Sequence record: MK373778.1
Direction: 5' to 3' (one strand)
DNA: 64,000 nt
Origin: Escherichia phage vB_EcoM_WFbE185
In this document: positions 8,617 through 18,459 of the stretch, one piece after another
How the letters are laid out: the number at the start of each line of letters is the position of its first letter
How positions within the stretch are numbered: position 1 is the stretch's first letter
Position numbers and translations under genes: made by a program
The notes under the pieces: model-generated
Database searches by the model: none
Seen by the model: only the letters and a program-made list of their open reading frames with translations
What the model was told of the DNA's origin: nothing

Positions 8617-8646
8617 ATAGTATCACCATCCTTGGTGCTTGTACAT
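8617..8646 (-). promoter_or_regulatory. early promoter (-10 TACTAT, weak -35) with conserved leader agacttatcaactacagagga
   Basis: leader shared with the cassettes at 8989 and 45058. Confidence 0.4.
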
Positions 8647-8654
8647 CGTTATTT

Positions 8655-8960
8655 TTAATTTTTCCAACTTAACAACTTGTAGTGTCCTTCATTCGTACGA
8701 GGTTTATCCCAAGAAATACTAATATATGATTCGCTATCAATAGAAGTCGCCGGGTTTTTCTCTACCGTAAGACCTTCACTTTCCAGCCATTCAATAGTAT
8801 TTGCGCATAAATCTGAAGAACACCTCATCGGAAACCGGCAAGATTTTTCACCTTTAGCTGCAGTGTTATACATCTTTTCTAAAATACGCTTTTGCACGTT
8901 TTTAAAAATAGTTTCAGCAGATTCTTCAGATTTTTTATTCAGTTCAGTGTAAAGACTCAT
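8655..8960 (-). CDS. hypothetical protein
   Basis: ORF track 101 aa; early promoter upstream. Confidence 0.65.
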   Translation of the reverse strand: MSLYTELNKKSEESAETIFKNVQKRILEKMYNTAAKGEKSCRFPMRCSSDLCANTIEWLESEGLTVEKNPATSIDSESYISISWDKPRTNEGHYKLLSWKN

Positions 8961-8988
8961 AATATTTTCCTCTGTAGTTGATAAGTCT

Positions 8989-9017
8989 ATAATATCATGC
9001 CCTTAGAAGAAGTAAAC
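8989..9017 (-). promoter_or_regulatory. early promoter (-35 GTTTAC, 17 nt, -10 TATTAT)
   Basis: minus GTTTACttcttctaagggcatgaTATTAT then conserved leader. Confidence 0.5.
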
Positions 9018-9055
9018 ATCTTTATGAAATATTTTTATGCCCTAGATACCAAAAA

Positions 9056-9077
9056 GCCCCAACCGTAAGGAAGGGGC
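9056..9077 (-). terminator. intrinsic terminator after IP-like gene
   Basis: gccccaaccgtaaggaaggggc hairpin then T-run on minus strand. Confidence 0.6.
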
Positions 9078-9085
9078 ATTCTATA

Positions 9086-9550
9086 TTATTTAATTTGTTT
9101 AGCAGACCAGATACGGTCTTTAATAAGTTTTTGGATATCTTCAACATACTCAAGGCTATGAGCGTGAGGATTATCTTTGAAGCTATGTGCTCGAGCGAGT
9201 TTCTGACCTTCAGTTTTGATTACCAAAAGTTCTTTAAGAATTGCTTCATACTTAGAAATAATTCCTTTGGCGATATTTTTTTCTTGAGCTGCTTTAGGGT
9301 CCGCTTTTGGTGATGGTGCTTTACCTGTAGCTTTCTGGAACAATTCACCTGATGCAGCTAGGCTTTTAAAAACTCGACTAACAGTATTAGCATTAGTAAA
9401 TCCTTCAGCTTTAAAATCTCTAATAAAACGGAAACGTTCTTCATCAGAGGCGTCTTTATAAGAATATTTACCTGCTTGAATTGCTGCAATTGCTGCGGCT
9501 TTTACATCTGAACTAGATTGTTCAGTCAAAAATTCTGCATATGATTTCAT
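9086..9550 (-). CDS. internal head protein-like, leader MKSYAEFLTE
   Basis: ORF track 154 aa; capsid targeting leader; flanked by near-identical hairpins. Confidence 0.7.
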   Translation of the reverse strand: MKSYAEFLTEQSSSDVKAAAIAAIQAGKYSYKDASDEERFRFIRDFKAEGFTNANTVSRVFKSLAASGELFQKATGKAPSPKADPKAAQEKNIAKGIISKYEAILKELLVIKTEGQKLARAHSFKDNPHAHSLEYVEDIQKLIKDRIWSAKQIK

Positions 9551-9594
9551 GTTACTTTTCCTAAGTTAATTAACTTATCTATTTATTATTATGC

Positions 9595-9622
9595 AAAAAA
9601 GCCCCAACCTTTCGGAAGGGGC
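9595..9622 (-). terminator. intrinsic terminator ending the tRNA-region transcript
   Basis: gccccaacctttcggaaggggc hairpin then TTTTTT on minus strand. Confidence 0.55.
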
Positions 9623-9654
9623 TATATACCTTGTCGGGGTCCCACCTGCTAAGG

Positions 9655-9700
9655 CAAGTGTTTGTACGAAACGCCGGGATTCGAACCCGGTTATTAAGCA
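9655..9700 (-). other. tRNA-like 3' element (T-arm plus acceptor-like stem), possible small stable RNA or tRNA remnant
   Basis: minus-strand ccgggTTCGAATcccgg followed by cgtttcg that can pair with cggaacg about 60 nt upstream; no full cloverleaf. Confidence 0.25.
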
Positions 9701-9925
9701 GTTGACGCTACTCAATATTTTTAAAAGGCCATATCTCGTCCATATCCGAACGTTCCGTCAAAAACGCTACTCGGCTTACGGCAAAGATATTTCCTCGAAT
9801 CGATAATTCTGTGCGCCGTTTCTGCTGTGATGTGAGGGGATATTAACAAATCGTAAAGATTTGTTAAGACCAGTCCTTACTCAGGGAACATCAGTCCGAC
9901 GTCTTGCCGGTAGCGACCCGGCTTC

Positions 9926-10270
9926 TTATTTTGGCATATCATCAATTTGCTCTCGACGCCGACGCCATAGATTAATCGCTTCATAGGCACATTCTGCGTT
10001 TGGTATATGACGGCAATAATATAATGATTCGCGTTTCTGGAACCGATGTTGCAACGGGATTTCGTTTAAAAGGTCTTTACGGTCAAAGTATTCAAAACTA
10101 GTTAACCCGGAACGGTTTTTAAGAAACTTCCAATGTCCGAATTCATTTTTAAAATAAACATAATCAGCATGTTGATATAATGAATTAATTAACCTATCGG
10201 AAATAACTGTTTCACGTTCGTTAAAATAAAACGTTAAATCATGAACTACCAGATACACATTGCCTTTCAT
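9926..10270 (-). CDS. hypothetical protein immediately downstream of tRNA-Arg
   Basis: ORF track 9926..10318 extension overlaps the tRNA; ATG at 10270 with GAGGA SD. Confidence 0.55.
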   Translation of the reverse strand: MKGNVYLVVHDLTFYFNERETVISDRLINSLYQHADYVYFKNEFGHWKFLKNRSGLTSFEYFDRKDLLNEIPLQHRFQKRESLYYCRHIPNAECAYEAINLWRRRREQIDDMPK

Positions 10271-10288
10271 ATTTTCCTCACTTGAAGT

Positions 10289-10365
<77 letters not shown>

Positions 10366-10371
10366 AATATA

Positions 10372-10445
10372 TGACCCAGACCAGATTCGAACTGGTAACC
10401 TTTCCCTTATGAGGGGACTGCTGCTAACCATTGAGCTACAGGGCC
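10372..10445 (-). tRNA. tRNA with anticodon CAU (Met or Ile2 type)
   Basis: T-arm ACCAG-TTCGAAT-CTGGT, acceptor GGCCCTG/CTGGGTC with one mismatch, anticodon loop CTCATAA; D and anticodon stems imperfect. Confidence 0.5.
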
Positions 10446-10524
10446 TAAATAACTTTCTATTATGAAAGGCACTTTAGAGCACCTTTGGTAATAGAGGGTA
10501 TGAATTAATAATAACACATAATTC

Positions 10525-11040
10525 TTAAAGCAAATCAATCATTTTAACAGTCGGCAAAACGATTTCTTCTTCAATATAAGCAAATTCAACACATTCAACT
10601 ACACGCAAGAAATCATAATCATAATATTCAGAAGCATGGCCAAGAATATCAATGAGACCTTCTGATACTAAATATCCATTCTCATGGAACAGGTCAAATA
10701 CACGCGATTCGTCTTCTTCAGATTTATTACCAAGGTCGACTTCAATATCAAAGACCTTTTTAATGAATTCTGGATAAAGCTGGTCCGAGAACAATCCTTC
10801 AACCAAGTATTCATAGATTAAAAGCGAGCAATCACTGAATAGTGTATTACCACAGTAACGTTCAGCTTTAGTGCTAGAATGACGACTCTTAAATTTCTTC
10901 AAAAGATATTTAAACTGTTGGAGCTCATGCTCTTCCACACCAAATAATGTTTTGGTTTTATAGTTGTCGCCGTCATTTTCCCAAGTAGTGACATCAATTA
11001 CGTAACCCTTAGGAATTGTACTGCCTAAACAAATATTCAT
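10525..11040 (-). CDS. hypothetical protein
   Basis: ORF track 171 aa. Confidence 0.65.
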   Translation of the reverse strand: MNICLGSTIPKGYVIDVTTWENDGDNYKTKTLFGVEEHELQQFKYLLKKFKSRHSSTKAERYCGNTLFSDCSLLIYEYLVEGLFSDQLYPEFIKKVFDIEVDLGNKSEEDESRVFDLFHENGYLVSEGLIDILGHASEYYDYDFLRVVECVEFAYIEEEIVLPTVKMIDLL

Positions 11041-11044
11041 TTAC

Positions 11045-11335
11045 TCACCGTACCATATTAATGTAATTATATTCAATGCAACGTAATTTCAAAGGATTTT
11101 TGAAAATATCATATTCAAGAGGACCTTTTTCTGTTTCAATAAAGAAATCAAAGTTCACTGTATTAAATTTACGGTCTTCCCATAGTAATTTGACCTGTGA
11201 AGACGAACGGTCGATATAAACCTTTTCAACCTCAAAGTTAGTCAGAATACCGTAGTCGTCAACTAGTGCTTTAGCTGCACGTTGATCGCTTTCATATCCG
11301 TTCTCAATAGATGACACTTTAGCATAAAGAATCAT
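11045..11335 (-). CDS. hypothetical protein
   Basis: ORF track 96 aa; ATGA overlap with upstream ORF. Confidence 0.65.
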   Translation of the reverse strand: MILYAKVSSIENGYESDQRAAKALVDDYGILTNFEVEKVYIDRSSSQVKLLWEDRKFNTVNFDFFIETEKGPLEYDIFKNPLKLRCIEYNYINMVR

Positions 11336-11694
11336 GAATGTTCCACCACTTCAAAGGTGTGAGCATCAACAATATGATACCAGTCAAAATTTTCTTCTGC
11401 GTTTTTATAAATTTCGCGAAGAGCCTCAACGGTTTTTCCTGTAGCAACAAGGTCGTCAATACCACCAAGAGGATAACAGTCGTAACCAGCAAACAGAAGG
11501 AAATTAATAGTTTCTGTAGGTTCTGGATGCAGTGTACCATTGTCATCGACTACTTCAAAGAACATATAACCAGGCGATTTAGATTTAATCCAAGCCCATG
11601 CTTGAGCTGCTGAATCAAATGGTTTGCGTATCAAACGACAATCAGGGTCTTTAGAAGGATTTGCTTCAAAATCCGCATATACGTGATATTTCAT
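11332..11694 (-). CDS. hypothetical protein
   Basis: ORF track 11332..11727; ATG at 11694 (MKYHVY) has AGGTGA SD. Confidence 0.65.
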   Translation of the reverse strand: MKYHVYADFEANPSKDPDCRLIRKPFDSAAQAWAWIKSKSPGYMFFEVVDDNGTLHPEPTETINFLLFAGYDCYPLGGIDDLVATGKTVEALREIYKNAEENFDWYHIVDAHTFEVVEHS

Positions 11695-11695
11695 T

Positions 11696-11902
11696 TTACT
11701 CACCTTTTGCAATTTTATCCATAACAATAGCGATTAAACCGATTAGAAATGCTACTACCAATGAGATAGAATTTTCAGTTGTTGTCAGTAGTCCGCAAAT
11801 GAATCCTACAAACATCGAAAAACTAAAAGCCATTGAAGCAATTACTACAGCAACATTACGAATCAGTTCAGCGCGTTTCATTTTATTTCTCCGTTTACTC
11901 AT
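11696..11902 (-). CDS. hypothetical small membrane protein
   Basis: ORF track 68 aa; hydrophobic stretches; real start may be second ATG at 11881. Confidence 0.55.
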   Translation of the reverse strand: MSKRRNKMKRAELIRNVAVVIASMAFSFSMFVGFICGLLTTTENSISLVVAFLIGLIAIVMDKIAKGE

Positions 11903-11918
11903 TTGTTTTGATAGGACT

Positions 11919-11948
11919 ACTATAACATAGTCCTATCATCATGTAAAC
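11919..11948 (-). promoter_or_regulatory. early promoter cassette (GTTTAC / TATAGT in palindrome)
   Basis: gataggactactataacatagtcctatc. Confidence 0.55.
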
Positions 11949-11950
11949 TA

Positions 11951-12214
11951 TTAAATTCCAGCTTCGCGTTTAACATAATCAACATAAGCTTCGATAGCTT
12001 TCTTGCTGGTAATTTTTACCTGGCCACGTCCATTGCCTTCTTTAGAGTTTTTCTTAACAACTACATTACCATCTTTAACACCCCATACATGGACATAAGT
12101 ACCGATGTTTCGGTCGTAGAACATTGCATGGTCGTTGTTGTAAGAGAATGATTCGTAGTTCTCCGACAGAGTAGAAGATTGAGATTCAGCGATAAATTCT
12201 TTATACGTTTTCAT
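11951..12214 (-). CDS. internal head protein-like, leader MKTYKEFIAE
   Basis: ORF track 87 aa. Confidence 0.7.
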   Translation of the reverse strand: MKTYKEFIAESQSSTLSENYESFSYNNDHAMFYDRNIGTYVHVWGVKDGNVVVKKNSKEGNGRGQVKITSKKAIEAYVDYVKREAGI

Positions 12215-12249
12215 TTGTTTTTCCGTTTGGTTGTTGATTTGATAGGACT

Positions 12250-12279
12250 ACTATAACATAGTCCTATCGGCATGTAAAC
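12250..12279 (-). promoter_or_regulatory. early promoter cassette (GTTTAC / TATAGT in palindrome)
   Basis: gataggactactataacatagtcctatc. Confidence 0.55.
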
Positions 12280-12282
12280 TAC

Positions 12283-12570
12283 TTACAGAAGAGTTTTTGC
12301 AATAATTTTAAGCTGAGCTACAGAAATATGCTTAGCTTTAAACAGTGCAGTCTCTTCGGCCGGAGAGATAACAATAGTAGCGCCGTCTTTCTTAGCAGAC
12401 CATCCGTCCCCTAAGTAAACAGTACCTTTTACTTCTTCACCGTCAACCAGACTAATCATTGGTTTACCCTCACGTCCTTTATTTGCTTTAATAACTTCGG
12501 AAGTAAGGGTTGCTTCGGTTAGAGTAGAAACGTTAGCATCAGGTGATATAAATTCTTTATAGGTTTTCAT
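12283..12570 (-). CDS. internal head protein-like, leader MKTYKEFIS...TLTE
   Basis: ORF track 95 aa. Confidence 0.65.
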   Translation of the reverse strand: MKTYKEFISPDANVSTLTEATLTSEVIKANKGREGKPMISLVDGEEVKGTVYLGDGWSAKKDGATIVISPAEETALFKAKHISVAQLKIIAKTLL

Positions 12571-12604
12571 TTTATTTCCTTGAGGTCGTTTATTTGATAG
12601 AATG

Positions 12605-12634
12605 ATAGTAACACACCATCATCCTTATGTAAAC
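12605..12634 (-). promoter_or_regulatory. early promoter (-35 GTTTAC, -10 TACTAT)
   Basis: minus GTTTACataaggatgatggtgtgtTACTAT. Confidence 0.5.
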
Positions 12635-12647
12635 TGTTTTGTGAAAA

Positions 12648-13333
<686 letters not shown>

Positions 13334-13337
13334 TTTA

Positions 13338-14072
13338 TTACCTTAAGATTGTTTCAATTTTAGAATAAAGCTCTTCTAAAGAGCCGTCGTTTGTAATAAC
13401 TAAATCGCCTTCTTCAATAGGCAACCCAGCTTCTGTAATATGTTTATCGGTGGATTCCGTACCAGAGCGAACCACATGAATAACTGTAGCACCCATCGCT
13501 CTAGCGGTTTCCATTTCATGGACTTGGCGTGTATCGGTTACAACATAGTAATCGAAATCACTTCCAATATAATCCATATAGTTTAATGCAAAAAGCTTAA
13601 CCCAATACATACGGTCAAATAAATTAACGACAACATCCGTACCGAGGGCTTGCATAAGACGGCGGATTGACCATGTGTCGTTGGTATTATTTATAGCTTC
13701 ACGCAGGGCTTCGTATGGTTTAATATCTAGATATGAATACCCACCTTCTAATGATGATAATACTTTAACATTATTAATTGGTAAATATTGACTTTGTAAA
13801 TAAATTAGCGCTTCTTCCATTAATTCAAGAACATCCAACTTATTGATATTTAATGGTGTTTCACGGTCGTATCCAACACCTTCAAAGTATTCATATTTCA
13901 ACTCAGTGAATACATCAGGGTTTTCAGCATGTTTACGTCCCCAGGCTATTGCTAGAGCGTCTTTAATCGGATATGCCAATTGGTATTTTACGGATTTAAA
14001 GTTTGAATTGATGTAATCAGCAGTGGTGTCTTTACCACTACGTTTGATGCCGCTTAAAAAGATTAGCTCCAT
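13338..14072 (-). CDS. 1: deoxynucleoside monophosphate kinase
   Basis: MELIFLSGIKRSGKDTTADY P-loop N-terminus matches T4 gp1; synteny. Confidence 0.9.
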   Translation of the reverse strand: MELIFLSGIKRSGKDTTADYINSNFKSVKYQLAYPIKDALAIAWGRKHAENPDVFTELKYEYFEGVGYDRETPLNINKLDVLELMEEALIYLQSQYLPINNVKVLSSLEGGYSYLDIKPYEALREAINNTNDTWSIRRLMQALGTDVVVNLFDRMYWVKLFALNYMDYIGSDFDYYVVTDTRQVHEMETARAMGATVIHVVRSGTESTDKHITEAGLPIEEGDLVITNDGSLEELYSKIETILR

Positions 14073-14125
14073 AGGTTTTCCTCATATAATTTATGAGTGA
14101 TTATAACATACGGAGCTAGAAGCGA

Positions 14126-14710
14126 TTAACGCAAGGAAGGGTGTCTAGAAATGGATTTAGATTCGGCTGCCTGACGTGGTTGTTGAGATACAATGACTTC
14201 GCCATCCTTTTCTATCGTCATATACGCGTAGTGAATAGTTGCTACGCACGTAACGGCAGGGTCAGAGTCTTCAGTGTAACTAAATTCAATTTCACTCAAA
14301 TCAGAAATCCATGGTTTATAGAAATTTGCCGTCAAAACGACTTCAGTCTTATTGTTGTTTAAAATGTGCAAAGTAACAAACTCAGGACCATCGGAGTGGG
14401 CCGTATTATGTCCGGTTATATAGTTATTAGTGCTGAGCATCCATTTATACATGTTCATCCAGGACGTCATGTCTTCATCAACTATAAATCGTACAACAAA
14501 AGGGTCATATTCAAATGTGGTGCCTGCACGCATTGCACGTCCTAACCCCATTGTGCCTGTCACAGTTTCAACAACAGGAATTCTCACACCTGGCAATGGA
14601 GCCGTTTGGGCATTGAGCACAAAACCCGAAGTTCGTGTACTATCTGGGATATCCACAACAAAGTTTGTTATATTTGTTTGGTTAAAAATCTGTCTCGCTG
14701 GACGAGTCAT
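14126..14710 (-). CDS. 3: gp3 tail completion / sheath stabiliser
   Basis: synteny between genes 1 and 2; ATG at 14710 with GAGGTG SD (ORF track starts 6 nt upstream at GTG). Confidence 0.75.
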   Translation of the reverse strand: MTRPARQIFNQTNITNFVVDIPDSTRTSGFVLNAQTAPLPGVRIPVVETVTGTMGLGRAMRAGTTFEYDPFVVRFIVDEDMTSWMNMYKWMLSTNNYITGHNTAHSDGPEFVTLHILNNNKTEVVLTANFYKPWISDLSEIEFSYTEDSDPAVTCVATIHYAYMTIEKDGEVIVSQQPRQAAESKSISRHPSLR

Positions 14711-14812
14711 AAGCACCTCAAAAACGCTTTAATAAAAATGCAGTATAATGGTTTTAGGTCTCTTCCATTAATCTGGTTCAACAGAATATCAGAAGAACGG
14801 AAGAGAATAGAA

Positions 14813-15634
14813 TTAAGATTTCCAAACAGTATTCGCAGAGAAACGTTTTCCTTTTGACATAAACTGCTGAGTAGGTAACATGATTATGTTAGCCCAGTCT
14901 TTAGGAGCTATTTCTGTTATTGTTCCTCTAATGTGGCCTGGCAGATATGCTTTAATCATTTTGTCAGCACCTTGAAATCCTTTCACCTTGCTCCAGTCTA
15001 TCTTCAACTTTGTGTTATTAGTAATAGTAGTTGTGCTAGCATATTGCTTCAGCAATTCTTCAAGAAACTGTTGACGTGCTTTAGGTGGGATATAGTGCAA
15101 GTTTAATCCATACATCAAATTATGTTTACCTAATCCTAAATAAATAATCAAAGGATATCTGTCCCAATACGGCAGAGTATCTTTATGTTTAGCATCATAC
15201 ACGTAAGTATAAATTTTGCCTGGCGTAGGCTTGACTACTTTATGACCTTTTACACTTTTCTTAATTGTTTCAACAAACCACTTAGATGATTTGTTGTTTA
15301 CTGCTGCGCCTTCATTTCTAATCTTTTCTCGTATTGAACTGCGAAACGAGTTTATCATCAGAAGTTGACGTTCTTGCTTATTGAGTTTATTTTTAGGTTT
15401 AGATTCAAGCGTTTCAATTTTCTGTGCGGTCTTAATAGATGATGCATATCTAGACATTGCAGATGTAAACGACGAGTATTTTATTCCTTTTGATTCTGCA
15501 AATGCTTTTGCAGTGATTCCTTTCTCTTTAGCTTTCTTGTATTCTAATCCTATCTCAATCCATTTTCTTTCATTCATAGACTGAGCAATCTTAGGGGCTT
15601 GTACGCCTTCAGATATAATTTGGAATATGCTCAT
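14813..15634 (-). CDS. 2: gp2 DNA end protector
   Basis: 273 aa, synteny and size as T4 gp2. Confidence 0.85.
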   Translation of the reverse strand: MSIFQIISEGVQAPKIAQSMNERKWIEIGLEYKKAKEKGITAKAFAESKGIKYSSFTSAMSRYASSIKTAQKIETLESKPKNKLNKQERQLLMINSFRSSIREKIRNEGAAVNNKSSKWFVETIKKSVKGHKVVKPTPGKIYTYVYDAKHKDTLPYWDRYPLIIYLGLGKHNLMYGLNLHYIPPKARQQFLEELLKQYASTTTITNNTKLKIDWSKVKGFQGADKMIKAYLPGHIRGTITEIAPKDWANIIMLPTQQFMSKGKRFSANTVWKS

Positions 15635-15636
15635 AA

Positions 15637-16086
15637 TTACCCCTTGTATCCGAGTTTTCTAAGACCATCTTCGGTTAGAACTCGAAATTTTATATTTCTC
15701 TTTTCTGCGACAGCAGAAGCAGCTTTCCATTTGTCGCAGTTCACAGACCAGGTGTATATTTCATTCATATAACGTTTCTTTGCTGCGGTAGTAAGATTTG
15801 CAGGCTTAATAGGTGGTTGAGTTTCTTTCTTTGGTTTTATTTCTACAAAGAACTCTTGACCTGATGCATCTTTCATCCATATGTCCATATAGTATCGACG
15901 TTTCTTACCTTCAGCATTACAAAAATATGGAATTACTGCTGTTTCACTACCCCATGCAATAATTTCCGGATTTTTATCCAACCATTCGAAAAAGAATTTT
16001 TCCCAGTTTGAACGATACGTTATTTTGGTATGGTCTCCACGGTATTTTTTTAAATTTTTTGGGACCCATTTACCAGAGTAGGCCAT
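15637..16086 (-). CDS. 4: gp4 head completion protein
   Basis: [11 protein letters not shown]... matches T4 gp4; ORF-track N-terminal extension to 16230 crosses the promoter region and is rejected. Confidence 0.9.
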   Translation of the reverse strand: MAYSGKWVPKNLKKYRGDHTKITYRSNWEKFFFEWLDKNPEIIAWGSETAVIPYFCNAEGKKRRYYMDIWMKDASGQEFFVEIKPKKETQPPIKPANLTTAAKKRYMNEIYTWSVNCDKWKAASAVAEKRNIKFRVLTEDGLRKLGYKG

Positions 16087-16097
16087 GTTGTCCTCCT

Positions 16098-16105
16098 TAT
16101 AAATA
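16098..16105 (+). promoter_or_regulatory. late promoter TATAAATA for gene 53
   Basis: exact TATAAATA about 43 nt upstream of gene 53 start. Confidence 0.6.
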
Positions 16106-16112
16106 GTATTAT

Positions 16113-16120
16113 TATTTATA
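16113..16120 (-). promoter_or_regulatory. late promoter TATAAATA (minus strand) for gene 4
   Basis: TATTTATA on plus strand about 27 nt upstream of gp4 ATG. Confidence 0.55.
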
Positions 16121-16147
16121 CCAATTTCATATTGGAAGGAGACTATC

Positions 16148-16723
16148 TTGTTATTTACATTCTTCGACCCAATAGGATATAGTGCTAAAACAGTTAATAA
16201 GAATGCACCTACTATTCCTATGACAGACATATTTCGTAACTATAAAGAGTACTTTAAGCGTGTGGCTGCCAATTATAGATTACGTTCTTATTATATTAAA
16301 GGCTCTCCACGTCCTGAAGAACTAGCTAATATCATTTATGGCAACCCGCAATTATACTGGGTTCTTTTGATGTGCAACGATAACTACGACCCGTATTATG
16401 GTTGGATTACATCTCAGGAAGCAGCGTATCAAGCTTCTATTCAGAAATATGCAAATGCTGGTGGAGACCAAATTCTTTACCATATTAATGAGAACCGTGA
16501 GAAATTTTACAATTTAGTTTCATATCCAGACGAGCCTTTAGTGTGGTACGATAAAGGTGATGAAGCTCGTAAGTATCCGCAATATAAAGGACCTTTAGCT
16601 GCAGTAGATACTTATGAAGCGGCAGTATTAGATAACGAAAAACTTCGTAAAATAAAAATTGTTGCAAAAGAAGATATAAACTCGTTTATTACAGATTTGA
16701 TTCGTGAGATGGAGATTGCATAA
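16148..16723 (+). CDS. 53: gp53 baseplate wedge protein; TTG start codon
   Basis: MLFTFFDPIGY... matches T4 gp53; first codon reads ttg with AGGAG 6 nt upstream. Confidence 0.9.
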   Translation: MLFTFFDPIGYSAKTVNKNAPTIPMTDIFRNYKEYFKRVAANYRLRSYYIKGSPRPEELANIIYGNPQLYWVLLMCNDNYDPYYGWITSQEAAYQASIQKYANAGGDQILYHINENREKFYNLVSYPDEPLVWYDKGDEARKYPQYKGPLAAVDTYEAAVLDNEKLRKIKIVAKEDINSFITDLIREMEIA

Positions 16724-18456
16724 TGGAAATGATTAGCAGTAGCCTTAATTGGTTCGTGGGTGTTGTCGAGGACAGAATGGACCCATTAAAACAAGGGCGA
16801 GTTCGAGTGCGAGTAGTTGGACTTCATCCAGCACAGAGAGTACAAGGCGATGTGCAGGGTATTCCTACAGAAAAACTTCCATGGATGACTGTTATTCAAC
16901 CTATTACGTCTGCATCAATGTCAGGTATTGGTGGTTCTGTTACAGGTCCTGTTGAAGGAACTCGAGTATATGGTCATTTCTTAGACAAATGGAAAACAAA
17001 CGGGATTGTACTTGGCACATACGGCGGAATCGTACGTGAAAAGCCTAATAGACTTGAAGGTTTTTCAGACCCGACAGGCCAGTATCCGCGACGTTTAGGT
17101 AATGATACGAACGTATTAAACCAAGGTGGTGAAGCTGGTTATTATTCGAACTCTAACGTAATTCAAGATAACAACTTGGATTATGGTATAAACCCAGATG
17201 ATACAGATTTAGCAAATATTCCAGAAGATGATGACCCTAATTTTACAATAACAGAAATGTTACGTCGTGACGAAGGTCTTCGTGATAAAGTGTATTGGGA
17301 CCATCTCGGGTATCCTACAGTAGGTATTGGACACCTTATCGTAATGGAAAAGACCCGAGATATGTCTCGAATTAATAAATTGTTATCTGATCAAGTAGGG
17401 CGTGAAGTAACAGGAAATCCGGGAACTATTACATTAGAAGAAGCAACAGCGTTATTTGAGAAGGACCTTGCTAAGATGCAGAAAGACATTCGTTCTAATT
17501 CTAAAGTAGGTCCTGTTTATGCTAAAATGAACAGATCTCGCCAAATGGCATTAGAAAACATGTGCTTCCAAATGGGCGTTGGTGGTGTAGCAAAATTCAA
17601 TACTATGCTTAAAGCAATGGCCGAAGGTGATTGGAAAACTGCATACAAATCTGGGCGTGATTCATTATGGTTCCAACAGACTAAAGGACGCGCTTCACGT
17701 GTAACAACAATTATTTTAACCGGTAACATGGAATCATACGGTGTTCCTGTTAAAACACCGCCTTCACCAGGAGTTGGTGCCGATTTAGTTACTAGAAATA
17801 CCGATTCAGAAGACCCGGCAGGTCCTCCTGTTCCATTAGATTCACGCATCCTTTTTAAAGAACCGGAATCAAGTTATCGTGGTGAGTACCCATATGTTCA
17901 TGCTATGGAAACAGAAAGTGGCCATATCCAAGAATTTGACGATACTCCAGGTAATGAACGTTATCGCTTAGTTCATCCAACAGGGTCATATGAGGAAGTT
18001 TCTCCATCAGGCCGTCGTACTCGTAAAACTGTAGAAGACCTTTTTGACATCACTAATGGTGACGGGAACTTCTTGATTTCTGGCGATAAGCTTGTTAACG
18101 TTGGTGCTAATGAAATATATTATAACATGGCAGACCGCCTCCATCAAATAGACGGCAATGACACAATCTTTATTCGTGGTAACCAATCTAAAACTGTTGA
18201 AGGCGATGGAACTCTTTACGTTAAGGGTAATATCAAAATAGTTGTTGACGGAAATGCAGATATTCTTGTTAAAGGTGATGCTAAAACTCAGGTAGAAGGG
18301 AATCATGATTACACCGTCAACGGAAACGTTAAATGGACTGTTAATGGTAATGTTGATATGACTGTTGCCGGGGATTGGGCAGAAACAATGTCTACAATGA
18401 GCTCAGTAGCTTCAGGACAATACACTGTTGACGGATCTCGTATTGATATTGGGTAA
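16723..18456 (+). CDS. 5: gp5 baseplate hub and tail lysozyme with C-terminal beta-helix
   Basis: 577 aa; lysozyme motif DEGLRDKVYWDHLGYPTVGIGHL; VxGxxxxxV repeats at C-terminus. Confidence 0.95.
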   Translation: MEMISSSLNWFVGVVEDRMDPLKQGRVRVRVVGLHPAQRVQGDVQGIPTEKLPWMTVIQPITSASMSGIGGSVTGPVEGTRVYGHFLDKWKTNGIVLGTYGGIVREKPNRLEGFSDPTGQYPRRLGNDTNVLNQGGEAGYYSNSNVIQDNNLDYGINPDDTDLANIPEDDDPNFTITEMLRRDEGLRDKVYWDHLGYPTVGIGHLIVMEKTRDMSRINKLLSDQVGREVTGNPGTITLEEATALFEKDLAKMQKDIRSNSKVGPVYAKMNRSRQMALENMCFQMGVGGVAKFNTMLKAMAEGDWKTAYKSGRDSLWFQQTKGRASRVTTIILTGNMESYGVPVKTPPSPGVGADLVTRNTDSEDPAGPPVPLDSRILFKEPESSYRGEYPYVHAMETESGHIQEFDDTPGNERYRLVHPTGSYEEVSPSGRRTRKTVEDLFDITNGDGNFLISGDKLVNVGANEIYYNMADRLHQIDGNDTIFIRGNQSKTVEGDGTLYVKGNIKIVVDGNADILVKGDAKTQVEGNHDYTVNGNVKWTVNGNVDMTVAGDWAETMSTMSSVASGQYTVDGSRIDIG

Positions 18457-18459
18457 TAT

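Noticed and set aside
9591-9806. Plus-strand ORF of 71 aa
   Set aside because: Overlaps the minus-strand terminator and tRNA-like element; no SD.
9640-9900. Possible additional tRNA genes
   Set aside because: Only a T-arm-like element is present; no D or anticodon arms could be folded by hand.
11319-11546. Minus-strand ORF of 75 aa in an alternative frame
   Set aside because: Lies wholly inside the better-supported ORF 11332..11694 in another frame.
16087-16230. N-terminal extension of gp4 in the ORF track
   Set aside because: Crosses two late promoters and the gene 53 SD; the conserved gp4 N-terminus MAYSGKW starts at 16086.
17517-17849. Minus-strand ORF antisense to gene 5
   Set aside because: Embedded in a highly conserved structural gene; no start signals.
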